DNA from: a virus
IMG/VR virus record: IMGVR_UViG_3300045988_147264
Span: 32,001 to 96,000 of that record
Direction: 5' to 3' (one strand)
DNA: 64,000 nucleotides
Shown here: positions 63,316 to 64,000 of the stretch, one piece after another
Position numbering within the stretch: the stretch's first letter is position 1
Layout: the number at the start of each line of letters is the position of its first letter
Position numbers and translations under genes: made by a program
Notes under the pieces: model-generated
What the model was told of the DNA's origin: nothing
Databases searched by the model: none
The model's input: the letters and a program-made list of their open reading frames with translations, nothing else

Positions 63316-64000
63316 ATGAGTGAATTTTGTCCTATTATCAAGAAAGGTGGGGCATTCGATGCGTTCGCAAAGAAATACCACATTTCAGAAGACGAATTAA
63401 AGGCCTCAATACGAAAGGTTGGTATTGACAACCCTAAACTTCAAGAAGTTTCGGAAGATGAGTTGTTGAATTCCCCTGAATTTCGTAAACAGGCATCAAA
63501 CGACTATTGGATTAATCCTTCTGGTTGGATTGCGTCTAATAAGGAACATTTTGAAGACGTAAATGCAGAGTTTTCTGACTTCAAGAGAACACTGAGCGAC
63601 AATGTGCAATGGATTGATGATAATACTATTTATTTTAAGCGTGACGAAATCGATCAGGATGACATTGATGACATCGAGTATATTGAGGGAATTATCGGTC
63701 ATGAAAATGTGTTCAATAGAGAAACGAATGATGGTGTAGTCATTTCATTTGCTCTTCCAAAAGGATTTCAAAGCGCCTTAGAAAAACGAGTAAAACCGGC
63801 TACTGAAAAGAAACAATATGATATAAATAATCATATTCAAATTCATAAAGGAAATTGGTCTAGAAAAGAAGCTGAACAAAATCCAAATATTCTTTATATA
63901 TTTACAGATAATACTGATAGAGATAGCGGTTCTGGAATTATTCCTAATAATAGTTGGTATTCTGAAAAATATGGTAAGGGACATCACTTCCCTACCACGA
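63316..64000 (+). CDS. hypothetical protein, 3'-partial (continues beyond window end)
   Basis: Open frame from ATG 63316 to the window end (MSEFCPIIKKGGAFDAFAKKYHISEDELKAS...ILYIFTDNTDRDSGSG...). Acidic DQDDIDDIEYIEG segment. Confidence 0.5.
   Translation, partial: MSEFCPIIKKGGAFDAFAKKYHISEDELKASIRKVGIDNPKLQEVSEDELLNSPEFRKQASNDYWINPSGWIASNKEHFEDVNAEFSDFKRTLSDNVQWIDDNTIYFKRDEIDQDDIDDIEYIEGIIGHENVFNRETNDGVVISFALPKGFQSALEKRVKPATEKKQYDINNHIQIHKGNWSRKEAEQNPNILYIFTDNTDRDSGSGIIPNNSWYSEKYGKGHHFPTT

Noticed and set aside
1-64000. Stop-codon reassignment (TAG to Gln or TGA to Trp) as in some gut phages
   Set aside because: Long ORFs on both arms are uninterrupted under the standard code and gene boundaries are tight. 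The only hint is the possible UCA anticodon of the interrupted tRNA, which is ambiguous.
1-64000. CRISPR array, integrase/attP, transposase or other mobile element
   Set aside because: No regularly spaced direct repeats, no tyrosine/serine recombinase motifs and no terminal inverted repeats flanking an ORF were seen. The tRNA-like 3' fragments are more parsimoniously part of the tRNA array than att sites.

Overview
This window reads as virulent tailed-phage DNA with no Shine-Dalgarno sequences and a recurring Bacteroidota-type TAnnTTTG -7 promoter box, so the host is probably Bacteroidota. Gene order and protein sizes look crAss-like, but that classification is not proven from sequence alone. 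The standard genetic code works throughout, and no CRISPR array, integrase or DNA polymerase is visible. Positions 1-32593 (minus strand) form the packaging and virion module: large terminase, portal, fibre-like and Ig-like proteins, two giant tail proteins, a possible envelope-lysis block, an acidic scaffold-like protein and the putative major capsid protein. A pair of minus-strand tRNAs (Met-CAT, Thr-TGT) sits inside this block. Positions 32600-37140 are a 4.5-kb mostly non-coding hub where the two modules diverge. It contains a GC-rich structured island with a C8 tract, a repeat- and palindrome-rich candidate origin, and a plus-strand tRNA cluster (Gln, Leu, Ile-UAU, Cys). Three of the tRNA(-like) genes in that cluster carry 40-125-nt insertions, and one has a non-canonical anticodon arm. 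Positions 37142-64000 (plus strand) are an early, replication and nucleotide-metabolism module: many small ORFs, an ATP-dependent RNA-ligase-like enzyme, ThyX, dUTPase, helicase, RecA-fold ATPase, SSB-like protein, DnaG-type primase, PD-(D/E)xK nucleases, a membrane-anchored retropepsin-like protease and a metallophosphoesterase. The most unusual content is a tightly coupled six-gene operon at 51953-58093. It encodes an ATP-grasp ligase, a class-I glutamine amidotransferase-like thiol peptidase, a class-II Ntn amidotransferase and two glutamine-synthetase-fold amidoligases. This looks like a phage-encoded amide-bond ligation and tagging system whose product is unknown. The interrupted tRNA genes, the RNA ligase and a 72-nt CCA-encoding tRNA-like minihelix suggest phage-directed tRNA processing or repair.
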